This document shows positions 25,934 to 28,808 of a stretch of 28,808 nt of DNA, in pieces. The position numbers and the translations under genes are program-made. Below the pieces are notes generated by a model, which was not told the DNA's origin, did not search any database, and saw only the letters and a list, made by a program, of their open reading frames with translations. The stretch comes from Candidatus Krumholzibacteriia bacterium (GTDB lineage Bacteria; Krumholzibacteriota; Krumholzibacteriia; WVZY01): assembly GCA_046754105.1 (NCBI GenBank), contig JBHHVD010000037.1, positions 1 through 28,808 of the forward strand. The letters run 5' to 3'. Numbering within the stretch: the first letter of the stretch is position 1; every line of letters begins with the position of its first letter.

Positions 25934-28573
25934 CTACGCTTCCGGAACCAGACGGACCCGCACGGCCTTTTCGCGGTCGAACACAGCGGCGGCTGCCTTC
26001 TGGATCCGCTCCTTCGTTACCGCCCGGATGATCCCCGCGATCTCATCCACCACCCCGTAGCCGAAACCCAGCGCCTCGTACGTCCCGTACTCGACGGCCT
26101 GCGAGATGTTGCGCTGCAGCTTCATCGTCTGCGAACCGGCGAGCCATTCCTTCGAGCGCCGCAGCTCTTCATCCGTCACCGGCTCCTTCGCGACCCGCTC
26201 CAGCTCCGCGAGGATCACTTCTAGTGCCTCGTCGATGCCGTCGGCCCCGGGGTTCGAGTAGCCGTAGAAGATGGACCGCTCCTTGAGCGGCGCGAACGCG
26301 GAACCCGCCATGTAGCCCAGCGACCGTTTGTCCCGCAGCTCGACGAAGAGGCGGCCACCGAGCCCGGTCATGATACCATTAAGCACGCCGAGCGCTATCG
26401 CCTCCTCCGACATCATCGGCGGCGCTACAAAACCGACCAGCCCGACCGCCTGCTTCAGTCCGGGCCTCGAGAGCTCGTGCAGGCCGGGGCCGACCGCATC
26501 CTGGGGCGCACGGCACGACGACTCCGGTACCGCGCCTGCCTCGAGATCCCCGTACACCTCACCGGCCGCGGCCAGCGCCTTTTCCATCGTGATGTCCCCC
26601 ACGAAGACCATGGTCATGTTGCCTGGAACGAGTATGCTCCGGTGCCAGCCGGCGCAGTCCTTCTCCGTCAGAGCGGTGAGCTGTGACTCATCCTGAACGT
26701 ACGGCCGCGCGTACGGGTGATCGCCGAACGCGTTGGTGAAAAGGCAGTCGATACTGAAGGACACCGGATGGTCGCGGCGCCGGGCCAGCTCTTCGATGAG
26801 CTTGTCCTTTTCCTTGCGTATCGTATCGCCCGAGAACTTCGGCACGCGGGCGATCTCCTTGTAGACGGGGAGCGCATCGTCGAGATGCGCGGCCAGAATG
26901 TTGGTATACGTGCCGGTGACGTCGAAACTCGAAAAACTCTCGATACTCCCTCCGAGTCCCTCGATCGTCTCGACGATATCATCGGCGTCATAGGACTCCG
27001 TGCCCTTGAGGAGCGTGCGCGCGCCCAAGGTCGACAGCCCGGACTTGCCGGCGGGCTCCAGACGGTTGCCCCCCTGGACGACGGTCAGCATCGAGATCAT
27101 CGGCACCGTCTCCCGGCGCTTCACCAACACCTTGAGACCGTTGGGCAACTCGGACACTTCCACCTGCGGCACGACACCGGCGGCAACCGCCGTCGTGGCT
27201 TTCGCGCCGCCGTTGCCACCGCCACCGACAGTGCGTTCGGGCGCCGGACTGTCCGCCGGAAAAGACTGGATGAAACCCGAGATCGCTTCGGCCACCCGGT
27301 CGCGTTCGGGTGCCTCGATGGTGGCGTTTTCGGGCAGGTAGGAAACCATGGTGCCGTTGTCGATCCGGAAATACTTGCGTGCCACGTGCAGCACCTGCTC
27401 GGGTGTCACCCGGTGGATCGCCTGGCGGTGCATCTCCGCCAGCCGGTAGTCGCCCAGGACCTCGTAGTACCCGAAGTTGGACGCCTGCCCTTCCACGGTT
27501 TCCAACTCGCTGTACATGGCCTTCTCGACCTGTCGTCTCGCCTTGACGAGCTCCTCCTCGCCCACGGCCTCGTTCTGGAAGCGGGCGATCTCCTCACATA
27601 TCGCGTCCCGGGCGGCGTTCCATTTCTCGGGCGGTGTGGACGCGAACACCATGAAGTAACCGGGCCACTTCTCCGCCAGCAACTCCGCGCTGACCGTGGT
27701 CACCAGATGTTTTTTCTCGAACACCGTGCGGTAGAGACGCGAGCTCTTACCCGAGCCGATCAAGGTCGACAGCATCTCCAGTGCGGGGTAGTCCGCGTCG
27801 AGAATGCTGGGCACGTGAAATCCGAGAGAAAAATAGGCGTGATCGATCGACCCGCGCATGGTGTTGAAACGGAACTCCGTCTGCGGCGGTTCTGCGGGCG
27901 ATTCGTTGACGCTCACACTGCCGTTTTGCCACGATCCGTAGGTCTTCTCGATCTGCGCCAGGGCGGCCTTCGGCTCAACGGCGCCCACGATGGCCAATAC
28001 CGCGTTGCCCGGACGGTAATAGCGTTTGTAGAAATCGATGAGCTGTTCGCGCGTGAACTTCCGCACGACCTTCTCGTAGCCGGCGATGGGCCTGCGGTAG
28101 TTGTGCATCTTGAAACCAAGCTCCATGGTGCGGTAGAAGGTGTAGGCATCCGGCGTGTCGTCGTACATACGGGCCTCGTCGATGACGACCAGGCGTTCCT
28201 TTTGAAATTCTTCCGGCGCGAACGTGGAGTTCATCATCGCGTCCGCCTGCACGTCGAGCCCCAGCGAAAACGCCTGCGCCGGCAGCACCACGTAATACAT
28301 CGTGTAGGAATAACTGGTCGCCGCGTTGAGATTGCCACCGGCCGACTTGACGAGGTTTGCGATCTCGCCGACACCGTGCCGCTCCGTCCCCTTGAACACC
28401 ATATGTTCCTGGAAATGCGCGAGCCCGTTTTCTTCTTCGGTCTCGTTGACCGATCCGACCTTGAACCACATGTTAATGGCCACGACGGGATTGGAACGGT
28501 CTTCCTTGAAGAGAACCGTCAAGCCGTTGGGCAGCACTTTCTTGATGACGTTGTCTTGCGGGCTTTGAGCCAT
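25934..28573 (-). CDS. M16 family zinc peptidase, fused active plus inactive halves
   Basis: ATG 28573 (MAQSPQ...LPNGL); inverzincin HFQEH, NAATS; second LPNGL half lacks HxxEH and has RLFVELRDKRSLGY; no signal peptide. Confidence 0.93.
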   Translation of the reverse strand: MAQSPQDNVIKKVLPNGLTVLFKEDRSNPVVAINMWFKVGSVNETEEENGLAHFQEHMVFKGTERHGVGEIANLVKSAGGNLNAATSYSYTMYYVVLPAQAFSLGLDVQADAMMNSTFAPEEFQKERLVVIDEARMYDDTPDAYTFYRTMELGFKMHNYRRPIAGYEKVVRKFTREQLIDFYKRYYRPGNAVLAIVGAVEPKAALAQIEKTYGSWQNGSVSVNESPAEPPQTEFRFNTMRGSIDHAYFSLGFHVPSILDADYPALEMLSTLIGSGKSSRLYRTVFEKKHLVTTVSAELLAEKWPGYFMVFASTPPEKWNAARDAICEEIARFQNEAVGEEELVKARRQVEKAMYSELETVEGQASNFGYYEVLGDYRLAEMHRQAIHRVTPEQVLHVARKYFRIDNGTMVSYLPENATIEAPERDRVAEAISGFIQSFPADSPAPERTVGGGGNGGAKATTAVAAGVVPQVEVSELPNGLKVLVKRRETVPMISMLTVVQGGNRLEPAGKSGLSTLGARTLLKGTESYDADDIVETIEGLGGSIESFSSFDVTGTYTNILAAHLDDALPVYKEIARVPKFSGDTIRKEKDKLIEELARRRDHPVSFSIDCLFTNAFGDHPYARPYVQDESQLTALTEKDCAGWHRSILVPGNMTMVFVGDITMEKALAAAGEVYGDLEAGAVPESSCRAPQDAVGPGLHELSRPGLKQAVGLVGFVAPPMMSEEAIALGVLNGIMTGLGGRLFVELRDKRSLGYMAGSAFAPLKERSIFYGYSNPGADGIDEALEVILAELERVAKEPVTDEELRRSKEWLAGSQTMKLQRNISQAVEYGTYEALGFGYGVVDEIAGIIRAVTKERIQKAAAAVFDREKAVRVRLVPEA

Positions 28574-28808
28574 GGATCGACCACCCCGAGTAGAATTGAG
28601 AACGTGTCGTGAGAAGCGCCGTGCCGGCGGGCGGCACAGCGTGCGGCGGGAACGCACCCGCTGGCTCATACTATGGCCTTTACCCGCGCGTCGACAACCT
28701 CTTTTGGGCGCACGGAGCGGCCCGCTGCCACCCGCATCGGGCGCAGTCGACAACGGGTGGGCTCGGCGGTTGTCGACGGAACGTTCGCAGGAGCGAGCGA
28801 GGATCACC

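Noticed and set aside
1500..28700. Numerous long overlapping alternative-frame ORFs (e.g. 6314-7570, 8128-9573, 22125-23471, 26717-28612)
   Set aside because: Expected shadows of high-GC3 genes; Arg/Gly/Pro-rich with no recognisable motifs
28574..28807. 78-aa N-terminal extension of the M16 peptidase
   Set aside because: Low-complexity and not signal-like; family homology begins just after ATG 28573

Overview
GC-rich bacterial chromosome segment, probably from a diderm FCB-group lineage such as Ca. Krumholzibacteriota/Eisenbacteria/Latescibacterota. That placement is inferred only from a FlgD-Ig type C-terminal sorting-domain remnant. The right half is mostly housekeeping: ilvC-like KARI, lipoprotein, gltX, tRNA-Gln and tRNA-Glu on the minus strand; tRNA-Met, tilS, hpt, ftsH, folP and cdaA on the plus strand; and a convergent M16 peptidase. 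The left half has three Na+-coupled transporters (NhaC, NSS and AGCS families), a PanE-like/TPR gene pair, a methyltransferase, an SGNH protein and a lipidated beta-barrel. Three things stand out. (1) An extremely basic protamine/H1-like gene missed by the ORF track runs off the left edge, preceded by two tandem sigma54-type promoters and a long structured leader. (2) Degenerate copies of the tRNA-Glu 3' end/terminator split the DNA downstream of the tRNA into co-oriented envelope-protein cassettes that decay with distance from the tRNA, and no integrase is present in the window. (3) An NSS transporter lacking the extracellular-gate Arg is followed by a gene that looks like a MetS-type small subunit fused to a secreted Ig-like domain. 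No CRISPR array, rRNA, transposase, integrase or reverse transcriptase was seen. All family calls come from motif recognition by eye, not database searches.
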